Assembly (NCBI RefSeq): GCF_006345805.1
Contig: NW_021832571.1
Span: forward strand, 1-62,856
Length of the DNA: 62,856 nt
Direction: 5' to 3'
Source: Octopus sinensis
Taxonomy: Eukaryota
Shown here: positions 49,501 to 62,856 of the stretch, piece by piece
Numbering within the stretch: the first letter of the stretch is position 1
Layout of the letters: the number at the start of each line of letters is the position of its first letter
Notes under the pieces: generated by a model
Told to the model about the DNA's origin: nothing
The model's input: only the letters and a program-made list of their open reading frames with translations
The model's database searches: none
Program-made: the position numbers and the translations under genes

Positions 49501-52500
49501 TAGTTGTGATACCTGTGACGGTGACACATAAAAATCACCATCCAAACGTGGCCGTTGCCAGTGAACATTGAACCAAATATCAATGGAAACAGTAGTTGTG
49601 TTACCTGTACCGGTGACACATAAAAATCACCATCCAAACGTGGCCGTTGCCAGTGAACATTGAAACAAATATCAGTGGAAGCAGGGGTTGTGATACCTGT
49701 ACCGGTGTCACATAAAAATCACCATCCAAACGTGGCCGTTGCCAGTGAACATTGAACCAAATATCAATGGAAACAGTAGTTGTGATAACTGTACCGGTGT
49801 CACGTAAAAATCACCATCCAAACGTGGCCGTTGCCAGTGAACATTGAGCCAAATATCAATGGAAACAGTAGTTGTGATACCTGTACCGGTGTCACATAAA
49901 AAACAGCATCCAAACATGGCCGTTGCCAGTGAACATTGAACCAAATGTCAATGGAAACAGTAGTTGTGATACCTGTACCGGTGTCACATAAAAATCACCA
50001 TCCAAATGTGGCTGTTGCCAGTGAACATTGAACCAAATATCAATGGAAACAGTAGTTGTGATACCTGTACCGGTGTCACACAAAAATCACCATCCAAACG
50101 TGGCTGTTGCCAGTGAACACTAAACCAAATATCAATGGAAACAGTAGTTGTGATACCTGTACCGGTGTCACATAAAAATCACCATCCAAACATGGCCGTT
50201 GCCAGTGAACATTGAACCAAATATCAATGGAAACAGTAGTTGTGATACCTGTACCGGTGTCACATAAAAATCACCATCCCAACGTTGCCGTTGCCAGTAA
50301 ACATTGAGCCAAATATCAATGGAAACAGTAGTTGTGATACCTGTACCGGTGTCACATAAAAATCACCATACAAACGTGGCCGTTGCCAGTGAACATTGAA
50401 CCAAATATCAATGGGAACAGTAGTTGTGATACCTGTACCGGTGTCACATAACAATCACCATCCACATGTGGTTGTTGCCCGTGAACATTGAACCAAATAT
50501 CAATGGAAACAGTAGTTGTGATACCTGTACCGGTGTCACATAAAAATCACCATCCAAACATGGCCGTTGCCAGTGAACATTGAGCCAAATATCAATGGAA
50601 ACAGTAGTTGTGATACCTGTGCCAGTGACACATAAAAATCACCATCCAAATGTGGCTGTTGCCAGTGAACATTGAACCAAATATCAATGGAAACAGTAGT
50701 TGTGATAACTGTACCGGTGTCACATAATAATCACCATCCAAACGTGGCCGTTGCCAGTGAACATTGAACCAAATATCAATGGAAACAGTAGTTGTGATAC
50801 CTGTACCGGTGACACATAAAAATCACCATCCAGACGTGGCCGTTGCCAGTGAACATTGAACCAAATATCAATGGAAACAGTAGTTGTGATACCTGTACCG
50901 GTGTCACACAAAAATCACCATCCAAACGTGGCCATTGCCAGTGAACATTGAACCAAATATCAATGGAAACAGTAGTTGTGATACCTGTACCGGTGTCACA
51001 TAAAAATCACCATCCAAACGTGGCCGTTGCCAGTGAACATTGACCAAATATCAATGGAAACAGTAGTTGTGATACCTGTACCGGTGACACATAAAAATCA
51101 CCATCCAAACGTGGCCGTTGCCAGTGAACATTGACCAAATATCAATGGAAACAGTAGTTGTGATACCTGTACCGGCGTGTCACATAAAAATCAACATCCA
51201 AACGTGGCCGTTGCCAGTGAACATTGAGCCAAATATCAATGGAAACAGTAGTTGTGATACCTGCACCGGTGTCACATAAAAATCACCATCCAACGTGGCC
51301 GTTGCCAGTGAACATTGAACCAAATATCAATGGAAACAGTAGTGTGATACCTGTACCGGTGTGGTGTCACATAAAAATCACCATCCAAATGTGGCTGTTG
51401 CCAGTGAACATTGAACCAAATATCAATGGAAACAGTAGTTGTGATACCTGTACCGGTGTCACATAAAAATCACCATCCAAATGTGGCTGTTGCCAGTGAA
51501 CATTGAACCAAATATCAATGGAAACAGTAGTTGTGATACCTGTACCGGTGTCACATAAAAATCACCATCCAAACATGGCCGTTGCCAGTGAACATTGAGC
51601 CAAATATCAATGGAAACAGTAGTTGTGATACCTGTACCGGTGTCACATAAAAATCACCATCCAAACGTGGCCGTTGCCAGTGAACATTGAACCAAATATC
51701 AATGGAAACAGTAGTTGTGATACCTGTACCGGTGTCACATAAAAATCACCGTCCAAATGTGGCTGTTGCCAGTGAACATTGAACCAAATATCAATGGAAA
51801 CAGTAGTTCTGATACTTGTACCGGTGTCACATAAAAATCACCATCCAAACATGGCCGTTGCCAGTGAACATTGAACCAAATATCAATGGAAACAGTAGTT
51901 GTGATACCTGTACCGGTGTCACATAAAAATCACCATCCAAACGTGGCCGTTGCCAGTGAACATTAAGCCAAATATCAATGGAAACAGTAGTTGTGATACC
52001 TGTACCGGTGACAAATAAAAATCACCATCCAAACATGGCCGTTGCCAGTGAACATTGAACCAAATATCAATGGAAACAGTAGTTGTGATACCTGTACCGG
52101 TGTCACATAAAAATCACCATCCAAATGTGGCTGTTGCCAGTGACCATTGAACCAAATATCAATGGAAACAGTAGTTGTGATACCTGTACCGGTGTCACAT
52201 AAAAATCACCATCCAAATGTGGCTGTTGCCAGTGAACATTGAACCAAATATCAATGGAAACAGTAGTTGTGATACCTGTACCGGTGTCACATAAAAATCA
52301 CCATCCAAACGTGGCCGTTGCCAGTGAACATTGAACCAAATATCAATGGAAACAGTAGTTGTGATTCCTGTACCGGTGTCACATAACAATCACCATCCAA
52401 ATGTGGCTGTTGCTCGTGAACATTGAACCAAATATCAATGGAAACAGTAGTTGTGATACCTGTACCGGTGACACATAAAAATCACCATCCAAATGTGGCT

Positions 52501-55500
52501 GTTGCCAGTGAACATTGAAACAAATATCAATGGAAACAGTAGTTGTGATACCTGTACCGGTGTCACATAAAACTCACCATCCAAACGTGGCCGTTGCCAG
52601 TGGACATTGAACCAAATATCAATGGAAACAGTAGTTGTGATACCGTACCGGTGTCACATAAAAATCACCATCCAAACATGGCCGTTCCAGTGAACATTGA
52701 ACCAAATATCAATGGAAACAGTAGTTGTGATACCTGAACCGGTGTCACATAAAAATCACCATCCCAACGTTGCCGTTGCCAGTAAACATTGAGCCAAATA
52801 TCAATGGAAACAGTAGTTGTGATACCTGTACCGGTGTCACATAAAAATCACCATCCAAACGTGGCCGTTGCCAGTGAACATTGAACCAAATATCAATGGA
52901 AACAGTAGTTGTGATACCTGTACCGGTGTCACATAAAAATCACCATCCAAATGTGGCTGTTGCCAGTGAACATTGAACCAAATATCAATGGAAACAGTAG
53001 TTGTGATACCTGTACCAGTGATGCATAAAAATCACCATCCAAACGTGACCGTTGCCAGTGAACATTGAAACAAATATCAATGGAAACAGTAGTTGTGATA
53101 CCTGTACCGGTGTCACATAAAAATCACCATCCAAACGTGGCCGTTGCCAGTGAACATTGAGTCAAATATCAATGGAAACAGTAGTTGTGATACCTGTACC
53201 GGTGTCACATAAAAATCACCATCCAAACGTGGCCGTTGCCAGTGAACATTGAACCAAATATCAATGGGAACAGTAGTTGTGATACCTGTACCGGTGTCAC
53301 ATAACAATCACCATCCACATGTGGCTGTTGCCCGTGAACATTGAACCAAATATCAATGGAAACAGTAGTTGTGATACTGTACCGGGTCACATAAAATGAC
53401 CATCCAAACATGGCCGTTGCCAGTGAACATTGAGCCAAATATCAATGGAAACAGTAGTTGTGATACCTGTACCGGTGACACATAAAAATCACCATCCAAA
53501 TGTGGCTGTTGCCATGTGAACATTGAACAAATATCAAAGGAAACAGTAGTTGTGATACCTGTACCGGTGACACATAAAATCACCATCCAAACGTGGCCCG
53601 TTACCAGTGAACATTGAACAAATATCAATGGAAGCAGGGTTGTGATACCTGTACCGGTGTCACATAAAAATCACCATCCAAACGTGGCCGTTGCCAGTGA
53701 ACATTGAACCAAATATCAATGGAAACAGTAGTTGTGATACCTGTGACGGTGACACATAAAAGTCACCATCCAAACGTGGCCGTTGCCAGTGAACATTGAA
53801 CCAAATATCAATGGAAACAGTAGTTGTGATACCTGTACCGGTGATACATAAAAATCACAATCCAAACGTGGCCGTTGCCAGTGAACGTTGAAACAAATAT
53901 CTGTGGAAGCAGGGGTTGTGATACCTGTACCGGTGTCACATAAAAATCACCATCCAAACGTGGCCGTTGCCAGTGAACATTGAACCAAATATCAATGGAA
54001 ACAGTAGTTGTGATACCTGTACCGGTTTCACGTAAACATCACCTTCCAAACGTGGCCGTTGCCAGTGAACATTGAACCAAATATCAATGGAAACAGTAGT
54101 TGTGATACCTGTACCGGTGTCACATAAAAAATCACCATCCAAACGTGGCCTTTGCCAGTGAACATTGAACCAAATATCAATAGAAACAGTAGTTGTGATA
54201 CCTGTGACGTTCACACATAAAAATCACCATCCAAACGTGGCCGTTGCCAGTGAACATTGAACCAGATATCAATGGAAACAGTAGTTGTGATACCTGTAGC
54301 GGTGTCACGTAAAAATCACCATCCAAACGTGACCGTTGCCAGTGAACATTGAACCAAATATCAATGGAAACAGTAGTTGTGATACCTGTACCGGTGACAC
54401 ATAAAAATAACAATCCAAACGTGGCCGTTGCCAGTGAACATTGAACCAAATATCAATGGAAACAGTAGTTGTGATTCCTGTACCGGTGTCACATAAAAAT
54501 CACCCTCCAAACGTTGCCGTTGCCAGTGAACATTGAGCCAAATATCAATGGAAACAGTAGTTGTGATACCTGTACCGGTGTCACATAAAAATCACCATCC
54601 AAACGTGGCCGTTGCCAGTGAACATTGAACCAAATATCAATGGAAACAGTAGTTGTGATACCTGTACCGGTGTCACATAAAAATCACCATCCAAATGTGG
54701 CTGTTGCCAGTGGACATTGAACCAAATATCAATGGAAACAGTAGTTCTGATACTTGTACCGATGTCACATAAAAATCACCATCCAAACATGGCCGTTGCC
54801 AGTGAACATTGAACCAAATATCAATGGAAACAGTAGTTGTGATACCTGTACCGGTGTCACATAAAAATCACCATCGAAACGTGGCCGTTGCCAGTGAACA
54901 TTGAGCCAAATATCAATGGAAACAGTCGTTGTGATACCTGTGACGGTGACACATAAAAATCACCCTCCAAACATGGCCGTTGCCAGTGAACATCGAAACA
55001 AATATCAATGGTAACAGTAGTTGTGATACCTGTACCGGTGTCACATAAAAATCACCATCCAAATGTGGCTGTTGCCAGTGACCATTGAACCAAATATCAA
55101 TGGAAACCGTAGTTGTGATACCTGTACCGGTGTCACATAAACATCACCATCCAAATGTGGCTGTTGCCAGTGAACATCGAACCAAATATCAATGGAAACA
55201 GTAGTTGTGATACCTGTACCGGTGTCACAAAAAAATCACAATCCAAACATGGCCGTTGCCAGTGAACATTGAACCAAATATCAATGGAAGCAGTAGTTGT
55301 GATACCTGTACCGGTGTCACATAAAAATCACCATCCAAACGTTGCCGTTGCGAGGGAACATTGAGCCAAATATGAATGGAAACAGTAGTTGTATACCTGT
55401 ACCGGTGTCACATAAAAATCACCATCCAAACGTGGCCGTTGCTTGTGGACATTGAACCAAATATCAATGGAAACAAGTAGTTGTGATACCTGTGACGGTG

Positions 55501-58500
55501 TCACATAAAATCACCATCCAAACGTGGCCGTTGCCAGTGAACATTGAACCAAATATCAATGGAAACAGTAGTTGTGATACCTGTACCGGTGTCACATAAA
55601 ATCACCATCCAAACGTGGCCGTTGCCAGTGAACATTGAACCAAATATCAATGGAAACAGTAGTTTCTGATACCTGTCCGGTGACACATAAAATCACCACA
55701 CCAAATGTGGCTCTTTGCCAGTGAACATTGAAACAAATATCAATGGAAACAGTAGTTGTGATACCTGTACCGGTGTCACATTAAAAATCACCATCCAAAT
55801 GTGGCTGTTGCCAGTGAACATTGAACCAAATATCAATGGAAACAGTAGTTGTGATACCTGTACCGGTGTCACACAAAAATCACCATCCAAACGTGGCCGT
55901 TGCCAGTGAACATTGAACCAAATATCAATGGAAACAGTAGTTGTGATACCTGTGACGGTCACACATAAAAATCACCATCAAAACGTGGCCGTTGCTAGTG
56001 AACATTGAACCAAATATCAATGGAAACAGTAGTTGTGATACCTGTACCGGTGACACATAAAAATCACCATCCAAACGTGGCCGTTACCAGTGAACATTGA
56101 ACCAAATATCAATGGAAACAGTAGTTGTGATACCTGTACCGGTGTCACATAAAAATCACCATCCAAACGTGGCCGTTGCCAGTGAACATTGAACCAAATA
56201 TCAATGGAAACAGTATTGTGATACCTGTACCGGTGTCACATAAATCACCATCCAAACGTGGCCGTTGCCAGTGAACATTGAACCAAATATCAATGGAAAC
56301 AGTAGTTGTGATACCTGTACCGGTGTCACATAAATCACCATCCAAACGTGGCCTTTGCCAGTGAACATTGAACAAATATCAATGGAAACAGTAGTTTGTG
56401 ATACTGTACGGTGACCATAAAAAAATCACCATCCAAACGTGGCCGTTGCCAGTGAACATGAACCAAATATCAATGGAACACAGTAGTTGTGATACCTGTA
56501 CCGGTGTCACATAAAAATCACCATCCAACGTGGCCGTTGCCAGTGAAACATTGAACCAAATATCAATGGAAACAGTAGTTGTGATACCTGTAGCGGTGAC
56601 ACATAAAATCACCATCCAAACGTGGCCGTTGCCAGTGAACATTGAACCAAATATCAATGGAAACAGTAGTTGTGATACCTGTACCGGTGTCACATAAAAT
56701 CACCATCCAAACGTGGCCGTTGCCAGTGAACATTGAACCAAATATCAATGGAAACAGTAGTTGTGATACCTGTACCGGTGTGCACATAAAAATCACCATC
56801 CAAACGTGGCCGTTGCCAGTGAAACATGAACCAAATATCAATGGAACAGTAGTTGTGATACCTGTACCGGTGTCACATAAAAATCACCATCCAATGTGGC
56901 CGTTGCCAGTGAACATTGAACCAAATATCAATGGAAACAGTAGTTGTGATACCTGTACCGGTGACACATAAAAATCACCATCCAAACGTGGCCGTTGCCA
57001 GTGAACATTGAACCAAATATCAATGGAAACAGTAGTTGTGATACCTGTACCGGTGTCACATATAAAATCACCATCCAAACGTGGCCGTTGCCAGTGAACA
57101 TTGAACCAAATATCAATGGAAACAGTAGTTGTGATACTTGGACGGTGACACATAAAAATCACCATCCAAACGTGCCGTTGCCAGTGAACATTGAACCAAA
57201 TATCAATGGAAACAGTAGTTGTGATACCTGTACCGGTGTCACATAAAAATCACCATCCAAAGTGGCCGTTGCCAGTGAACATTGAACCAAATATCAATGG
57301 AAACAGTAGTTGGATACCTGTAGCGGTGACACATAAAATCACCATCCAAACGTGGCCGTTGCCAGTGAACATTGAACCAAATATCAATGGAAACAGTAGT
57401 TGTGATACCTGTACCGGTGTCACACATAAAAACACCATCCCAACGTGGCCGTTGCCAGTGAACATTGAACCAAATATCAATGGAAACAGTAGTTGTGATA
57501 CCTGTACCGGGTCACATAAAAATCACCATCCAAACGTGGCCGTTGCCAGTGAACATTGAACCAAATATCAATGGAAACAGTAGTTGTGATACCTGTACCG
57601 TGACACATAAAATCACCATCCAAACGTGCCGTTGCCAGTGAACATTGAACCAAATATACTTTAAACAGTGTTGTGATACCTGTAGTAGCGTCATAAAATC
57701 ACCATCCAAACGTGGCCGTTGCCAGTGAACATTGAACTAAATTCAATGGAAACAGTAGTTGTGATACCTGTACCGTGTCACATAAAAATCACCATCCAAA
57801 CGTGGCCGTTGCCAGTGAACATTGAACCAAATATCAATGAAACAGTAGTTGTGATACCTAACCGGTGTCACATAAAAATCACCATCCAAACGTGGCCGTT
57901 GCCAGTGAACATTGAACCAAATATCAATGGAAACAGTAGTTGTGATACCTGTGACGGTGACACATAAAAATCACCATCCAAACGTGGCCGTTGCCAGTGA
58001 GCATTGAACCAAATATCAATGGAAACAGTAGTTGTGATAGCTTACCGGTGACACATAAAAATCACCATCCAAACGTGGCCGTTGCCAGTGAACATTGAAC
58101 CAAATATCAATGGAAACAGTAGTTGTGATACCTGTACCGGTGTCACATAAAAATCACCATCCAAACGTGGCCGTTGCCAGTGAACATTGAACCAAATATC
58201 AATGGAAACAGTAGTTGTGATACCTGTAGGGGTGACACATAAAAATCACCATCCAACCGTGGCCGTTGCCAGTGAACATTGAACCAAATATCAATGGAAA
58301 CAGTAGTTGTGATACTCGTACCGGTGTCACATAAAAATCACCATCCAAACGTGGCCGTTGCCAGTGAACATTGAAACAAATATCAATGGAAACAGTAGTT
58401 GTGATACCTGTGACGGTGACACATAAAAATCACCATCCAAACGTGGCCGTTGCCAGTGAACATTGAACCAAATATCAATGGAAACAGTAGTTGTGATACC

Positions 58501-61500
58501 TGTACCGGTGTCACATAAAAATCACCATCCAAACGTGGTCGTTGCCAGTGAACATTGAACCAAATATCAATGGAAACAGTAGTTGTGATACCTGTGACGG
58601 TGACACATAAAAATCACCATCCAAACGTGGCCGTTGCCAGTGAACATTGAACCAAATATCAATGGAAACAGTAGTTGTGATACCTGTACCGGTGTCACAT
58701 AAAAATCACCATCCAAACGTGGCCGTTGCCAGTGAACATTGAACCAAATATCAATGGAAACAGTAGTTGTGATACCTGTACCGGTGACACATAAAAATCA
58801 CCATCCAAACGTGGCCGTTGTCAGTGAACATTGAACCAAATATCAATGGAATACGTAGTTGTGATACCTGTACCGGTGTCACATAAAAATCACCATCGAA
58901 ATGTGGCCGTTGCCAGTGAAAATTGAACCAAATATCAATGGAAACAGTAGTTGTGATACCTGTACCGGTGACACATAAAAATCACCATCCAAACGTGGCC
59001 GTTGCCAGTGAACATTGAACCAAATATCAATGGAAACAGTAGTTGTGATACCTGTACCGGTGTCACATAAAAATCACCATCCAAACGTAGCCGTTGCCAG
59101 TGAACATTGAACCAAATATCAATGGAAACAGTAGTTGTGATACCTGTACCGGTGTCACATATAAATCACCTTCCAAACGTGGCCGTTGCCAGTGAACATT
59201 GAACCAAATATCAATGGAAACAGCAGTTGTGATACCTGTACCGGTGACACATAAAAATCACCATCCAGACGTGTCCGTTGCCAGTGAACATTGAACCAAA
59301 TATAACTTTAAATGGTGGTTGTGATACCTGTAGTGGTGTCATAAAAATCACCATCCAAACGTGGCCGTTGCCAGTGAACATTGAACTAAATATCAATGTA
59401 AGCAGTAGTTGTGATACCTGTACCGGTGTCACATAAAAATCACCATCCAAACATGGCCGTTGCCAGTGAACATTGAACCAAATATCAATGGAAACAGTAG
59501 TTGTGATACCTGTACCGGTGACACATAAAAATCACCATCCAAACGTGGCCGTTGCCAGTGAACATTGAACCAAATATCAATGGAAACAGTAGTTGTGATA
59601 CCTGTACCGGTGTCACATAAAAATGACCATCCAAACGTGGCCATTGCCAGTGAACATTGAACCAAATATCAATGGAAACAGTAGTTGTGATACCTGTGCC
59701 GGTCTCTGTTGTCACATAAAATCACCATCCAAACGTGGGGCGTTGCCAGTGAACATTAAACCAATATATTTGGAAACAGTAGTTGTGATACCTGTACGGT
59801 GTACATAAAAATCACCATCCAAACGTGGCCGTTGCCCAGTGAACATTGAACCAAATATCAATGGAAACAGTAGTTATGATACCTGTGACGGTGACACATA
59901 AAAATCACCATCCAAACGTGGCCGTTGCCAGTGAATATTGAACCAAATATCAATAGAAACAGTAGTTGTGATACTTCTCCGGGACACATAAAAATCACCA
60001 TCCAATGTGGCTGTTGCCAGTGACATGAACCAATATCAATGGAAACAGTAGTTGTGATACTGTACCGGTGACACATAAAAATCACCATCCAACATGGCCG
60101 TTGCCAGTGAACATTGAGCAAATATCAATGGAAACAGTAGTTGTGATACCTGTAACGGTGACACATAAAAATCACCATCCAAACGTGGCCGTTGCAGTGA
60201 AAATTGAACCAAATATCAATGGAAACAGTAGTTGTGATACCTGTAAGGTGTCACATAAATATCACCATCCAAACGTGGCCGTTGCCAGTGAACATTGAAC
60301 CAAATATCAATGGAAACAGTAGTTGTGATACCTGTACGGTGTCACATAAAATCACCATCCAAACGTGGCCGTGCCAGTGAACATTGAACCAAATATCAAT
60401 GGAAACAGTAGTTGTGATACCTGTACCGGTGTCACATAAATTCCACATCCAAACGTGGCCGTTGCCAGTGAACATTGAACCAATATCAATGGAAACAGTA
60501 GTTGTGATACCTGTGAGATGACACATAAAATCACCATCCAAACGTGGCCGTTGCCAGTGAACATTGAACCAAATATCAATGGAAACAGTAGTTGTGATAC
60601 CTGTAGCGGTGTCACATAAAAATCACCATCCAAACGTGGCCGTTTGCCAGTGAACATTGAACCAAATATCAATGGAAACAGTAGTTGTGATACCTGTACG
60701 GTGTCACATTAAAAATCACCATCCAAATGTGGCCGTTGCCAGTGAACATTGAACCAAATATCAATGGAAACAGTAGTTGTGATACCTGTACCGGTGTCAC
60801 ACAAAAATCACCATCCAAACGTGGCCGTTGCCAGTGAACATTGAACCAAATATCAATGGAACATAGTTGTGATACCTGTGACGGTCACACATAAAAATCA
60901 CCATCAAACGTGGCCGTTGCTAGTGAACATTGAACCAAATATCAATGGAAACAGTAGTTGTGATACCTGTACCGGTGACACATAAAAATCACCATCCAAA
61001 CGTGGCCGTTACCAGTGAACATTGAACCAAATATCAATGGAAACAGTAGTTGTGATACCTGTACCAGTGATACATAAAAATCACCATCCAAACGTGACCG
61101 TTGCCAGTGAACATTGAACTAAATATCAATGGAAACAGTAGTTGTGATACCTGTACCGGTGACACATAAAAATCACCATCCAAACGTGGCCGTTGCCAGT
61201 GAACATTGAACCAAATATCAATGGAAACAGTAGTTGTGATACCTGTACCGGTGTCACATAAAATCACCATCCAAACGTGGCCGTTGCCAGTGAACATTGA
61301 ACCAAATATCAATGGAAACAGTAGTTGTGATACCTGTACCGGTGTCACATAAAAATCACCATCCAAACGTGGCCGTTGCCAGTGAACATTGAACCAAATA
61401 TCAATGGAAACAGTAGTTGTGATACCTGTACCGGTGTCACATAAAAATCACCATCCAAACGTGGCCGTTGCCAGTGAACATTGAACCAAATATCAATGGA

Positions 61501-62856
61501 AACAGTAGTTGTAGTTGTGATACCTGTTCGTTGTCACATAAAAATCACCATCCAAACGTGGCCTTTGCCAGTGAACATTGAAACAAATATCAATGGAAAC
61601 AGTAGTTGTGATACCTGTGACGGTGACACATAAAAATCACCATCCAAACGTGGCCGTTGCCAGTGAAGATTGAACCAAATATCAATGGAAACAGTAGTTG
61701 TGATACCTGTACCGGTGTCACATAAAAATCACCATCCACACGTGGCCGTTGCCAGTGAACATTGAACCAAATATCAATGGAAACTGTAGTTGTGATACCT
61801 GTAGCGGTGACCTATAGAAATCACCATCCAAACGTGGCCGTTGCCAGTGAACATTGAACCAAATATCAATGGAAACTGTAGTTGTGTTACCTGTACCGGT
61901 GTCACATAAAAATCACCATCCAAACGTGGTCGTTGCCAGTGAACATTAAAGCAAATGTCAATGGAAACAGTAGTTGTGATACCTGTGACGGTGACACATA
62001 AAAATCATCATCCAAACGTGGCCGTTGACAGTAAACATTGAACCAAATATCAATGGAAACAGTTGTTGTGATACCTGTTCCGGTGTCACATAAAAATCAC
62101 CATCCAAATGTGGCCGTTGCCAGTGAACATTGAACCAAATATCAAAGGAAACAGTAGGTGTGATACCTGTACCGGTGACACATAAAAATCACCATCCAAA
62201 CGAGGCCGTTGCCAGTGAACATTGAACCAAATATCAATGGAAACAGTAGTTGTGATACCTGTACCGGTGTCACATAAAAATCACCATCCAAACGTGGTCG
62301 TTGCCAGTGAACATTGAACAAATATAAATGGAATCAGTAGTTGTGATACCTGTGACGGTGACACATAAAAATGACCATCCAAACGTGGCCGTTGACAGTA
62401 AACATTGAACCAAATATCAATGGAAAAAGTAGTTGTGATACCTGTAGCGGTGTCACATAAAAATCACCATCCAAATGTGGCCGTTGCCAGTGAACATTGA
62501 ACCAAATATCAATGGAAACAGTAGTTGTGATACCTGTAGCGGTGACACATAAAAATCACCATCCAAACGTGGCCGTTGCCAGTGAACATTGAACCAAATA
62601 TCAATGGAAACAGTAGTTGTGATCCCTGTACCGGTGTCACACAAAAATCACCATCCAAACGTTGCCGTTGCCAGTGAACATTGAACCAAATATCAATGGA
62701 AACAGTAGTTGTGATACCTGTACCGGTGTCACATATAAATCACCATCCAATCGTGGCCGTTGCCAGTGAACATTGAACCAAATATCAATGGAAACAGTAG
62801 TTGTGATACCTGTACCGGTGACACATAAAAATCACCATCCAAACGTGTCCGTTGCC
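46530..62856. repeat. 92-bp tandem satellite, about 177 units, continuing past the window end
   Basis: Consensus GAACATTGAACCAAATATCAATGGAAACAGTAGTTGTGATACCTGTACCGGTGTCACATAAAAATCACCATCCAAACGTGGCCGTTGCCAGT; period 92 (e.g. 46561 to 46653); no unique spacers. Confidence 0.98.

Noticed and set aside
55300-60900. Higher monomer divergence suggesting an older satellite domain
   Set aside because: Dominated by scattered 1-nt indels typical of long-read consensus error; cannot be called biological.
46530-62856. Possible CRISPR array or repeat-protein gene
   Set aside because: Units are contiguous with no unique spacers, there are no cas genes and the context is eukaryotic; the 92-bp period is not a multiple of 3, so the ORFs are short artefacts.

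Overview
Eukaryotic, AT-rich, repeat-dense animal DNA; the SINE and microsatellite repertoire suggests an octopus (inference). It holds the last three coding exons of a + strand coiled-coil gene that I recognise as a CCDC91 homolog (10538-10627, 32053-32166, 36973-37365). The 1-9 kb region contains a decayed Neptune-type Penelope-like element (RT + GIY-YIG), two APE-RT LINE 3' fragments and an RTE fragment, all antisense and set in (TA)n tracts. The gene's long introns carry many tRNA-derived SINEs and MITEs. Downstream lies a decayed LINE whose ORF1 has a Myb/SANT-like domain and a CCCH finger. It is fused to a second LINE subfamily and then an RTE 3' end, which runs directly into a >=16.3 kb, 92-bp tandem satellite homologous to the RTE 3' UTR. 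The most notable signal is two copies (15661-16105, 28530-28922) of a short non-coding element combining a tRNA-derived Pol III head, a minimal type I hammerhead ribozyme and the Penelope-style 'inverted partial copy + 3' tail' architecture, i.e. a candidate Penelope-mobilised ribozyme SINE. Two further unrelated hammerhead-like relics occur at about 7.4 and 11.3 kb. All calls are by eye; no searches were run.
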